From Chitinophagaceae bacterium (GTDB lineage: Bacteria > Bacteroidota > Bacteroidia > Chitinophagales > Chitinophagaceae), in NCBI GenBank assembly GCA_947379895.1, contig CANCPA010000001.1:6286-70285 (forward strand): DNA of 64,000 nucleotides. The letters are read 5' to 3'. A program made the position numbers and the translations under genes. The notes below the pieces were generated by a model. That model had not been told where the DNA came from and did not search any database. It saw only the letters and a list, made by a program, of their open reading frames with translations. Positions 40,261 to 49,424 of the stretch are shown here, in pieces. Every line of letters starts with the position of its first letter. Within the stretch, counting starts at the first letter, position 1.

Positions 40261-41454
40261 ATGCTACATATAAGTAAGAGGGGAAGGGAGATGCCTAATT
40301 CCCCTATTAGAAAATTGGTGCCATATGCTGAATCTGCTGTACAGCGTGGATTAAAGGTTTATTACCTAAACATTGGACAACCTGATATTGAAACGCCTCA
40401 ATTGATGCTAGATGCCGTACGAAATAGTGATTTTAAAATATTAGAGTACGGTCATAGCGCGGGAAACGAAACCTATCGCAAAAAATTAGTAAAGTACTAC
40501 AAAAGTGTCGGTATTGATATCGAATATAATCAGATATTAATCACAACAGGTGGAAGTGAGGCATTGTTATTTGGCTTTATGGCCTGCTTCGATCCGGGTG
40601 ATGAAGTCATCATTCCTGAGCCATTTTATGCCAATTACCATGGTTTTGCTGCGGAAGCAGGTGTAGAAGTTGTAACTGTGACCTCTGATATCTCAACTTC
40701 ATTTGCGTTACCTCCCATCGAAGAATTAGAAAAGAAAATCACGCCTCGCACTAGGGCAATTGTGATCTGTAACCCCAATAATCCTACGGGATATGTTTAC
40801 AGCAAGCAAGAAATGGAACAACTAGGGGAGATGGTTTTGAAACATGATTTGTATTTATTTTGTGACGAAGCTTATCGTGAATTTAATTACGAAGGAGAAA
40901 TACCTACCTCATCTTTAAGCCTTATCGGCGTTGACAACAATGTGATAATGGTAGATACAATTAGTAAAAGATATAGCGCTTGCGGCGGACGAATTGGTGC
41001 ATTTGTTACCCGTAATAAGGAATTGATTGATACTGTCATGAAATTTGCTCAAGCTAGATTATGCCCTCCTGGTTTTGCTCAAATGGCAGGAGAAGCAGCT
41101 CTTGATTTACCTAGCGACTATTTTGATATCACTAAAGCAGAATACAGAAGCAGAAGAGACTTGATTGTATCTAGATTAAATGCAATGGAAGGCGTCAATT
41201 GTCCTATGCCTAGTGGAGCTTTTTACTGTTTTGCAGAATTACCAATTGACGATGCCAATAAATTTTGTCAATGGCTATTAGAGTCTTTTAGTTATAAGAA
41301 TTCTACTGTTATGCTCGCACCTGGACCAGGCTTTTATGCAACACCTGGACACGGAAAAAAGGAGGTTAGGTTTGCTTATGTATTAAATAAAACAGATATT
41401 AATGCCGCAATGGATTGCTTAGAAGAAGCATTGAAAATATATTCTGGCAAATAA
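40261..41454 (+). CDS. PLP-dependent aminotransferase class I/II (aspartate aminotransferase-like)
   Basis: LNIGQPDI, NPNNPTG, DEAYRE and SKRYSACGGRIG motifs. Confidence 0.95.
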   Translation: MLHISKRGREMPNSPIRKLVPYAESAVQRGLKVYYLNIGQPDIETPQLMLDAVRNSDFKILEYGHSAGNETYRKKLVKYYKSVGIDIEYNQILITTGGSEALLFGFMACFDPGDEVIIPEPFYANYHGFAAEAGVEVVTVTSDISTSFALPPIEELEKKITPRTRAIVICNPNNPTGYVYSKQEMEQLGEMVLKHDLYLFCDEAYREFNYEGEIPTSSLSLIGVDNNVIMVDTISKRYSACGGRIGAFVTRNKELIDTVMKFAQARLCPPGFAQMAGEAALDLPSDYFDITKAEYRSRRDLIVSRLNAMEGVNCPMPSGAFYCFAELPIDDANKFCQWLLESFSYKNSTVMLAPGPGFYATPGHGKKEVRFAYVLNKTDINAAMDCLEEALKIYSGK

Positions 41455-41552
41455 ATTGCAAGATGATACTTAACTTATTTTATTTCGCTTTTCAGAAGCA
41501 ACTAAAGTAATAAAAGTATCATCTTTCTTTTTTACAATATATATTTGATTTT

Positions 41553-43037
41553 ATGAAAATGGTTAATAAATATGTCTGCTTTTCCTTTTTAATCTCCCTA
41601 TTTTCTGCTATTTTCTGCTATGAAGCAACTTCTCAAAGCTATAATGCATTTAATGGGTCGGCTTATGCTGGAGTATTAAGTAATTTTATAAACCCTGCTA
41701 GCGCTATAAACACCCCTTATCAATGGGACTTCTCCTTATTGGGTTTACAAACGAATACTTCAAATAGTGGTATCAGTATTGCCAATCTCAATAGGGCTAA
41801 TTTAACGCCCAAAAACATAAAATACATACTTTACCAACCCACAACAGGTTCAGACAATAGGAATATAGACAATTGTTCTGACCTACATTTATTCAACTTT
41901 CGATATGCGTTAGATGAACTTCAAAGTGTCAGTTTTGGGATGCGAGTAAGAACCTGTAATCACATTGGGGCATCTCCTTTTAAATATAATCCTACAATAA
42001 AAGACCTTAATTCATTTTTAAGTTATAATGCTGACAGAAGTAAAATTCCATTTAATCTAAATGTATCAAACGAAGCATGGACTGAAACCGACTTAGGCTA
42101 TTCCCGAATACTTATAGATAATGATGAAAATAGACTATCAGTGGGTGGAACATTACAAATACTGAGGGGCTTATCAGGTGTTGCAATAAACATGTACGAT
42201 ATTACTTATCAGGCAGAACCTAACAGAAACATTTTAACTAGTGGGGGAATAACTAATATTTATTCTGCGAACTATTCTGAAATGGATACCCAATATTCTA
42301 CAATTAAAAATCTACAAAGATTTAAGGCTGCAGCAAAATTTGGAATAGGTGCAAGTTTTGGCTTTGAGTATATTGTTAAGAAAAATATCTTTGACGAACC
42401 CTTTAGCCCTCAAAACTACTATTGGAAATTTGGTGCAAGTATCATGGATATTGGTAGCAACAATTTCAATACAAACAGGTTCTCATTCGATGTAAATACA
42501 CCAAAAGATGGCCTCACTGACACAGCACTAATTAACCGCTTTAATAGTCCTTATGATTCCGTTAGTAATATTACGAACACGTTGTGGCAAACATTTCAAA
42601 AGGGCAGTCACCTAAAATCTACATTTAAGATGAGTTTACCCACTCGTCTAGTCTTGACTATAGATAAGAGTTTGGGAAATGATTTATATGTAAACCTAAT
42701 GGGTAATATTAATTTTTATTCCCATGACATCACTGATATCTATCATGTTAAAGCAGTCGAATTAAATCGCCTTACATTGACTACACGTTGGGAAACTGAA
42801 CATTGGGGAATTTATCTTCCACTTGAATATACTGAAAGAAAGCAAGTACTAATTGGAGGAGCAGTAAAAATTGGACCTTTAGTGGTTGGCTTACACAACT
42901 TGAATTGGCTGAATCACCTTCGACTCGAAGAGTTTGAAGGCGGAGGCTATCTCGCCTTGCATTTTACACCTAAAATTAAAAAGAGACATCACTATCTCGA
43001 TTGTTATGATGGAGCGACAAACGATAAAAGTGAATAG
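41553..43037 (+). CDS. DUF5723-like outer-membrane beta-barrel protein
   Basis: Signal peptide, NPASA motif, alternating aromatic strands, GGAVKIGPLVVG near the C-terminus. Confidence 0.65.
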   Translation: MKMVNKYVCFSFLISLFSAIFCYEATSQSYNAFNGSAYAGVLSNFINPASAINTPYQWDFSLLGLQTNTSNSGISIANLNRANLTPKNIKYILYQPTTGSDNRNIDNCSDLHLFNFRYALDELQSVSFGMRVRTCNHIGASPFKYNPTIKDLNSFLSYNADRSKIPFNLNVSNEAWTETDLGYSRILIDNDENRLSVGGTLQILRGLSGVAINMYDITYQAEPNRNILTSGGITNIYSANYSEMDTQYSTIKNLQRFKAAAKFGIGASFGFEYIVKKNIFDEPFSPQNYYWKFGASIMDIGSNNFNTNRFSFDVNTPKDGLTDTALINRFNSPYDSVSNITNTLWQTFQKGSHLKSTFKMSLPTRLVLTIDKSLGNDLYVNLMGNINFYSHDITDIYHVKAVELNRLTLTTRWETEHWGIYLPLEYTERKQVLIGGAVKIGPLVVGLHNLNWLNHLRLEEFEGGGYLALHFTPKIKKRHHYLDCYDGATNDKSE

Positions 43038-43186
43038 TTGAATTCAATTAAAACCTTTAAGATACAGGTTTAAATAAATTGATTTATCACTCCTTCGTAA
43101 GACTAAACAAAGTAAGTTTCTTATTCTGTTATACATTATTTCACTAAAACTCATAATCAATAGTATTATTTATTTACTTTGTTTCG

Positions 43187-44176
43187 ATGAATTATCTACA
43201 ACTCTTTTATTATGCTTCAGATTATTTTATCCGCATTTATAAACAGCTTGCGTTTATAAAAAGATTTCTACTACCAATTGTTGATGAAGAATGTAATAAA
43301 TTCAATTACCATCCATCAAAGAGAGAAGCAGATAAAATTAAATTTTACTATCCCTTATTCAATCATGTAGTTAATTGTGAAAATTACCTGACCATTAAAA
43401 ATCGTGGTCTTTCGAAAATTGAAACAGAACGTTTAGGGTATATTAGTGTTTGGGCAACTCTTTATGACGACTTTATAGACGAAGAAAAATGGAGTAAAGA
43501 AAAACTAAAAAAAATATTTGAGAAAACACTTCCTCATCAGGAGAGAACGCCAAAGATGCAGGTGTTTATGGCAATGGATGATAAATTAAAAAAAATATTT
43601 ACGCCAACACAATTTTATACAAGCAGCCTGAAATTAGCAATAGATTGGCAGATAGTTTCTTCTATTCAATTAAACAGTACAATCACATTAAAAGAGGTAT
43701 TACATATTTCGGATGTTAAATGTGGTAATAGTTCTCTGTTATGGTCTAGTATTTTAGATGAAGATTGGTCGGAAAAAGATAAGAGGCTTATTTATCAAAG
43801 TGGATATGTGGGGCAACTTGTCAATGATGCATTTGATGCATTTAAAGATATTCAAGATGGAGGCTATACCTATATAAGAAAGACTAATTCGATAGCTGAG
43901 GCGATTGAAATTTTTCTTGACGCTTGTACAATACTCAATCAAACGATTATGAGTTGTGATGCTCCATTAAAGTATCGCTTAAAAACAATTAGACGAATGG
44001 CATGTATTCATGCTTTTGGATTTGTTGCCTTACAGCACCTTGAAGCAATTGATAAGAAATATCCAAAACCAATTGATTGGCATAAGGTGGAACGCCGTGA
44101 TTTAATAACAGATATGGATTTGTGGAGAAACAGGTTAAGAATCTTTAAAAATGCGGTCTTTTTATCTAGACTTTAG
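43187..44176 (+). CDS. Class I isoprenoid synthase/terpene synthase-fold protein
   Basis: Two aspartate-rich motifs, LYDDFIDE and GQLVNDAFDAFKD, about 120 aa apart in a helical protein. Confidence 0.7.
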   Translation: MNYLQLFYYASDYFIRIYKQLAFIKRFLLPIVDEECNKFNYHPSKREADKIKFYYPLFNHVVNCENYLTIKNRGLSKIETERLGYISVWATLYDDFIDEEKWSKEKLKKIFEKTLPHQERTPKMQVFMAMDDKLKKIFTPTQFYTSSLKLAIDWQIVSSIQLNSTITLKEVLHISDVKCGNSSLLWSSILDEDWSEKDKRLIYQSGYVGQLVNDAFDAFKDIQDGGYTYIRKTNSIAEAIEIFLDACTILNQTIMSCDAPLKYRLKTIRRMACIHAFGFVALQHLEAIDKKYPKPIDWHKVERRDLITDMDLWRNRLRIFKNAVFLSRL

Positions 44177-44336
44177 TTTAGTTGAATTAAACAAGAAATC
44201 AGTTTTGCCTTATAAATTCTACGAAATAAGTGTTTTGACTAAATACTAATTAAAATAAATTTAATTAGGGATATTACATATAACCTTTAACTTATAAGGT
44301 AACCCTAACATTATACACCTCAAACCAAAAACTTCT

Positions 44337-44891
44337 TTAATTGTATTGCGGATCAAGTGGATAATTAACCATTAATTTATACTCTCCGTCAAGTTCTCGC
44401 AAAGCATCTTTCCAAATATTTTCTGGTTGTGTTTTAAATAGAATTCGTTTACTTGCATTGGACAAAATCCAACTCTTATCGCTAATTTCATCTTCAAGTT
44501 GCCCTTTTCCCCAACCACTATACCCAACAAAAAAGCGTATTTGGTGTGATTCTATTTGCTCACTCTTTAAAGATTCAAATACCTCTCTAAAATCACCTCC
44601 CCAATAAACCCCATTAATAATTTCGATTCCTCCTGAAATTAATTGAGGACACTGATGAATAAAATGTAAAGTATTTGTTTGAACAGGTCCACCATAAAAA
44701 ACAGGAAAATCATTCCCATAAAGGTCATCAATCAAATCGCCTAAAACATGTTCTTGTTGTCGGTTCAATGCAAACCCAAAACTACCATCATCTTGATGGT
44801 CACAAATCAAAACAACAGTCCTTACAAAGTTGGGATCTTTCAAAAAAGGATCAGAAATAAGCAAGGTGCCGGGATTAATAATTCTTTCCAT
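44337..44891 (-). CDS. YqgE/AlgH family protein
   Basis: F.RTVVLICDH...GSFGFALN, GGPV and FFVGYSGWGKGQLEDE motifs. Confidence 0.95.
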   Translation of the reverse strand: MERIINPGTLLISDPFLKDPNFVRTVVLICDHQDDGSFGFALNRQQEHVLGDLIDDLYGNDFPVFYGGPVQTNTLHFIHQCPQLISGGIEIINGVYWGGDFREVFESLKSEQIESHQIRFFVGYSGWGKGQLEDEISDKSWILSNASKRILFKTQPENIWKDALRELDGEYKLMVNYPLDPQYN

Positions 44892-45004
44892 AGGAGAAAA
44901 GTAAGGAAATTATTTTAAATATTATAACAAATACACCGTTAATTTGTATGTAAAGCTATAATTTATATTTCAGTAGCACTATTCAGTGTTTATATTTGCC
45001 CCCG

Positions 45005-46339
45005 ATGAAGAAAACTTTACCCATCATTGTAATATTAACTTCGCTTTCATTGCTTGGTTTAATGATACTTCAGGCATCATGGCTCAACAATTTGTTGACA
45101 CTTCGTCGTGGGCAATTAAATAATAAAATAAATGAAGCAGGCGTTTCTGTGGCAGTAGAATTATACAATGCCACAGCAACAACTCCGAGCTTAAAAGTGA
45201 AACCATCTTTTGGTTTTAACAGATTTGGGCGCAATATCCCAATGCTATTAAATCCTCCAACTGTTGAGGAGAAATTCAATATTGAAGACATTCATAAGAA
45301 ACTAGAAAGAGCATTTAAAAAACAAGAACTACAAGATATCAAGTTCGAATTTGCTGTGATTAATAGCAGTGAGGACTTTGAAATGAAGACACAGAATTTC
45401 GAAGAAGCCTATTGGGACACTGTATCTAACAAGAGACTTTTTGTGGGAATTGGCCCCGAGTCTGCTGCCGATTTGGAAGGTATTAGTGCTCCTGAACATC
45501 TGATTATTATTGTACCAGATTTTACAAAACAGATTTGGGGATCGTTACGTTGGGTAATTTTGGGCGCAAGTGCATTTATGCTTGTTATAATTGCTGCTTT
45601 CTTTGTAACACTTCGTACACTATTTAATCAAAAGAAACTTGGAGAAATAAAGAGTGACTTCATAAATAACATGACGCATGAATTTAAAACGCCTATTGCA
45701 ACAATTTCGTTAGCAGTAGATGCACTTAGAAATGAAAAAGTTCAAAACGACAAAGAAAAACTAAACTACTTTACAAGTATAATTAAGGAAGAGAACAAAA
45801 GAATGAACAGGCATGTGGAGAGTATTTTACAAGCAGCCTTGCAAGAAAAACAAGAACTGCAATTAAAGCTCACTTTTATTCATATTAATGAATTGATTGC
45901 AAATATCCTCGACACTTTTGTATTGCAACTAGATGAAAAAAATGGTGAAGTTGAAATTAATTTAAATGCCAAAGACGACTTATTAAAGGTTGATTCGGTT
46001 CATTTTACTAATATGTTTTCCAATTTAATAGACAACGCTATTAAATACAGTGCTGATAATGTTCGTATTAAAGTAACGACTCAAACTACCCATAACTTTT
46101 TGACTATCATTGTACAAGACCATGGAATTGGAATGAGTAAGGAAAATAGCAAACGGATTTTCGAAAAGTTCTATCGCGTACATACCGGAAATGTTCACAA
46201 TGTAAAAGGCTTTGGATTGGGAATGAGCTATGTTAAAATGGTAGTTGATTCGCATAAAGGAAAAATAAAAGTGGATAGTACACTCGGTAAAGGAACTACT
46301 TTTACAATAGAAATACCCCGAAAAATTGAAGATAAATAG
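45005..46339 (+). CDS. Membrane sensor histidine kinase (RprX-like)
   Basis: Two TM segments, H-box NMTHEFKTPIATI, N-box NLIDNAIKY, G1/F/G2 boxes (DHGIG, IFEKFYRV, GFGLGMS). Confidence 0.95.
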   Translation: MKKTLPIIVILTSLSLLGLMILQASWLNNLLTLRRGQLNNKINEAGVSVAVELYNATATTPSLKVKPSFGFNRFGRNIPMLLNPPTVEEKFNIEDIHKKLERAFKKQELQDIKFEFAVINSSEDFEMKTQNFEEAYWDTVSNKRLFVGIGPESAADLEGISAPEHLIIIVPDFTKQIWGSLRWVILGASAFMLVIIAAFFVTLRTLFNQKKLGEIKSDFINNMTHEFKTPIATISLAVDALRNEKVQNDKEKLNYFTSIIKEENKRMNRHVESILQAALQEKQELQLKLTFIHINELIANILDTFVLQLDEKNGEVEINLNAKDDLLKVDSVHFTNMFSNLIDNAIKYSADNVRIKVTTQTTHNFLTIIVQDHGIGMSKENSKRIFEKFYRVHTGNVHNVKGFGLGMSYVKMVVDSHKGKIKVDSTLGKGTTFTIEIPRKIEDK

Positions 46340-46449
46340 TTACACCTATTTTGAATTGATACTAAAAGTTAAATCACATCTTTAGTTAAAAAATTAAATA
46401 TTTAGGGCAAAATATTTTTTTATAAATTGCCGACACGAAACACATCTAA

Positions 46450-47208
46450 ATGAAATATTTTATTGCTACATATATTTTACTTTATTCATTTTGTACACAA
46501 ATACACGCTCAAGCAAGATTGTCTGTTGGAATTAAAGCAGGTACAAATACGCCCGGATTGGGCATTAACAGTTCTGACCCTGTAATTGATGGCTTTAAAA
46601 CTATTTTAGAGCCTTACTATGGCATTGTATTAGAAACAGGCTTGAACAAAAAATGGTCGTTACTTACAGAAGTTAATTACGCAATTTTAGGCATCACAAA
46701 AAACGGAAGTCAAGTAGTGCCAAAAAGTACTTATACTGGCTATGAATTTGGTACACTTATTTTACCCGAACATGTGTATGCTAATTTTTACAGCAAAATA
46801 GAGCTTAATTATATCGAAATACCATGTATGCTGAAATATAATTTCTATCAAAATAAAAAACTAAACATCTTTTTTAATGCAGGCCCGTCAGTGAGTGTAT
46901 TGCTCAACGCCAAAGTGAATACCTCAGGTAAAGGGAAAATTTATTCGGACGAAGCTCATAAAACTACTATTACACCATTCAACTTTTCATTTATTCATGA
47001 AACAGATCTCACCGATTGGTTTAATCCACTCAATTTTGCATTTCAAGGAGGGGCTGGATTAACTTACAAAACTCATACTGGAGATTTTTTTGTAAATCTA
47101 GAGGGCAATATTGGCTTAATGAAAATACAAGCAGGTAATGGAGATGGTTCAAACAATACAAAGGCATTAAACCTTTCTGTGGGATATCTATACCATATTT
47201 GGCAATAA
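46450..47208 (+). CDS. Porin family outer-membrane beta-barrel protein (PorT-like)
   Basis: Signal peptide, GIKAG start, LNYIEIP motif, terminal LSVGYLY strand. Confidence 0.85.
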   Translation: MKYFIATYILLYSFCTQIHAQARLSVGIKAGTNTPGLGINSSDPVIDGFKTILEPYYGIVLETGLNKKWSLLTEVNYAILGITKNGSQVVPKSTYTGYEFGTLILPEHVYANFYSKIELNYIEIPCMLKYNFYQNKKLNIFFNAGPSVSVLLNAKVNTSGKGKIYSDEAHKTTITPFNFSFIHETDLTDWFNPLNFAFQGGAGLTYKTHTGDFFVNLEGNIGLMKIQAGNGDGSNNTKALNLSVGYLYHIWQ

Positions 47209-47441
47209 AAGGCTGAGTTAAAATACGAATGTATAATTGTTACATTTTGTGCTCATAAACTTAGACAAACAAATTATTTGAATTAGCTATAATTTGTTGA
47301 AAAATGATAATGCAGATAAAAGGTATGAATAATTAACTTTACTATTTAGTCTATTGTAGCCACTCATTTTCAAATTTATAATTTACTACCCCATTTTTCA
47401 TAGAACGTCTTGTGTGTAAAAGGGAAAGAGTTTCGCAGAAT

Positions 47442-47630
47442 TTCAATTATTTCATCGAGGATTTCCAATATCTGTACCGGACCTTCGAAAGTCGAAATTA
47501 GGCTTTCGAAGGTCCGGTACAGATATTGGAAAAAAAATGACTTTTCTTATATTTTCTCCATCAATAATTCTATTCCCAGAATATGACTTTCGAAGAAATC
47601 AGCGACATATTCTAAGACAATTGACTAACA
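47442..47630. repeat. Cryptic 21-bp-periodic array (9 units)
   Basis: TT(C)NAW recurs at 47442, 47463, 47484, 47505, 47526, 47547, 47568, 47589 and 47610. TT, the position-5 A and the position-6 W are present in 9/9; position-3 C in 7/9. Confidence 0.65.
47462..47532. repeat. Perfect 30-bp inverted repeat with an 11-nt loop
   Basis: TTTCCAATATCTGTACCGGACCTTCGAAAG-TCGAAATTAGG-CTTTCGAAGGTCCGGTACAGATATTGGAAA. Confidence 0.97.
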
Positions 47631-47771
47631 ATTCAATATTTTGTCACTTTTTAGCTCTTTTTATGTTAATGTTTTGCCTTTTAGAAATAATACTTGTTCT
47701 TTCAAGCAAATACTCCTTGTATTAACGTAGTTTCACTGAGTTACAATAAAAAAATGTAATAACAACGAACG

Positions 47772-48437
47772 ATGACATTACATATGTTAGTCTCCCGTGA
47801 ATATAAAAAAAAGAATACAGTTGATAAAGTTCCATTTTATCAAAACATTCATGACCTGATGAGCAAAACAGGATCTCTTTTTGCCGATCCTCTCGTAACC
47901 TATATAATAGGTAATACTCAAATTGGCAATTTCCGAAGCGCCTATGGTATTGCACAGAGTCATGCAATTGGAACTGCTTCTTTGATGCATGATGCAGAAG
48001 GCATTTGTGAAGCAACAATAGATATTTGGGCAGATTATGTAGATCGTGTTGCGAAGGGGTCAAAGTCAATCATTGAATCAGCAGGTTTCAAAGCTACGGC
48101 TGGAGAATCTACTCCGGGTAAAGTTACAGATCAACCTGTAATTGAAACTGTAAACCCAAATGTAGAAGGTGTTATGAATTTTGAAGTTGAATTGTTGGAG
48201 GGAAAAGAAAATGTATTTAATATAATTGTGGCTACCGACCTTTCGGGTGTGTCACAAGCAGGAAATGAAGTTATTTTCGCACCTATTGCAGGCGTTACCT
48301 ATTATACGGCCTCATCAATGCAAAGGAAAATAAGCATGGGTGGACTGCCAAAGACTATATTACTTTATGCACTTTGCTATTCTACAAACAGGGCCGGGAA
48401 CAGTGTATTAAGTAAAATTATTCACTTTAGTTGTTAG
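47772..48437 (+). CDS. Uncharacterised 221-aa protein, helical N-terminus plus Ig/FN3-like C-terminus (gene B)
   Basis: Clean ORF with its own terminator; no signal peptide. Contains 'VAKGSKSIIESAGF', a Pro linker and a beta-rich C-terminus ending LYALCYSTNRAGNSVLS. Confidence 0.75.
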   Translation: MTLHMLVSREYKKKNTVDKVPFYQNIHDLMSKTGSLFADPLVTYIIGNTQIGNFRSAYGIAQSHAIGTASLMHDAEGICEATIDIWADYVDRVAKGSKSIIESAGFKATAGESTPGKVTDQPVIETVNPNVEGVMNFEVELLEGKENVFNIIVATDLSGVSQAGNEVIFAPIAGVTYYTASSMQRKISMGGLPKTILLYALCYSTNRAGNSVLSKIIHFSC

Positions 48438-48489
48438 CATTAGCTGAGAAGAGTCTATTTTAAATTACAATTTTAGTTTTGATTAAATT

Positions 48490-48524
48490 AAACCGTTGAC
48501 ATGAACGAATGTCGACGGTTTTTT
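48490..48524 (+). terminator. Intrinsic terminator of gene B
   Basis: AAACCGTTGACAT-GAACGA-ATGTCGACGGTTT followed by a T-run. Confidence 0.85.
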
Positions 48525-48722
48525 CATTTTAACCCAGATTACAGCTACTATCAAATTGAGGAAATTAGCGTAAATTGAAATATATCAATTAATATGTTGA
48601 CTACTTAAACACCCTCTATTTGGTTACTCTAAGTACATACATTGTTCATTAACAGGTAGTAAATACTGTTTCACCGAAAAGTTGATTCTATAAACTAAAG
48701 TTTTCAATCAGGTAAATATCTT

Positions 48723-48737
48723 TGGCATCGGGTTTGA
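48723..48737 (+). promoter_or_regulatory. Putative sigma54 (-24/-12) promoter
   Basis: TGGCATCGGGTTTGA has the exact GG-N10-G spacing of TGGCACN5TTGC, with A in place of the final C. Confidence 0.5.
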
Positions 48738-48747
48738 GATATTAATA

Positions 48748-48830
48748 GAATAAAATCAGACATTAAAGTTATTATCATAAATAGTTAGTTTTGGTTGCGG
48801 CTCCGATTTTTATCGGGGCCAATTTTTTTT
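48748..48830 (+). ncRNA. Candidate ~80-nt small RNA
   Basis: Lies between the sigma54-like promoter and the terminator GGCTCCGAT-TTTT-ATCGGGGCC-AA-T8 (48799-48830). Contains no ATG; has TTAGTTTTGGTTG just before the stem. Confidence 0.4.
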
Positions 48831-49338
48831 AGCCCCCTATAATCGAAATTTCATAATAAAGTGGATAAGAATGATCTATTAAAAAAAAGGTTTCATTTTA
48901 AGGTGATTATACTCGATGCAAACTCAGAATTAAAAAGAAAAATAAGAGCATCTATAAATAACCAGCAGTTAAGTATCAGAAATAAGTTCTGTTCAATCTG
49001 ATTCTTAGTACAAAACCTAGTACCTGTAGAGGTAAAACCACCTTAATAGTATTGGAAATGAAAAAGTATTTCAGCTATTTTTATTGAGATAAAATAACAA
49101 ATCAAGGTAGATTCAAACTAAACAAACTAATTATTTAATTTGAAGTAGACTTAGATTGGTATAATGTACAATTAATTAAACTTGTTTTGAAGAGAAAGAA
49201 ATAGTATTCTATAAAATTAATAATGGACATACTTTATCAACTTTTCTTTATATAAATCAGTTTTTGAGAGGAATAAAACATCGTTTTGTTAATAAAACGC
49301 ACTTATTATTAGGATTTTGTCAAACTTGGAACGTTTTA

Positions 49339-49371
49339 TTTGGAATATTAGCTGTCAATCCTATACATTTG
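49339..49371 (+). promoter_or_regulatory. Housekeeping -33/-7 promoter of rimP-nusA-infB
   Basis: TTTG (49339-49342), 21-bp spacer, TACATTTG (49364-49371). Confidence 0.8.
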
Positions 49372-49386
49372 CACAAATAAGCAACT

Positions 49387-49411
49387 GAAGGGAACGATAA
49401 CCGTTCCCTTC
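49387..49411 (+). promoter_or_regulatory. rimP 5' leader hairpin
   Basis: Perfect 10-bp stem GAAGGGAACG-ATAAC-CGTTCCCTTC between the promoter and ATG 49425. Confidence 0.6.
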
Positions 49412-49424
49412 TTCTTTATACATA

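Noticed and set aside
47537-47725. 62-aa plus-strand ORF upstream of gene B
   Set aside because: It runs through the periodic array and T-rich promoter DNA, and has no family signal.
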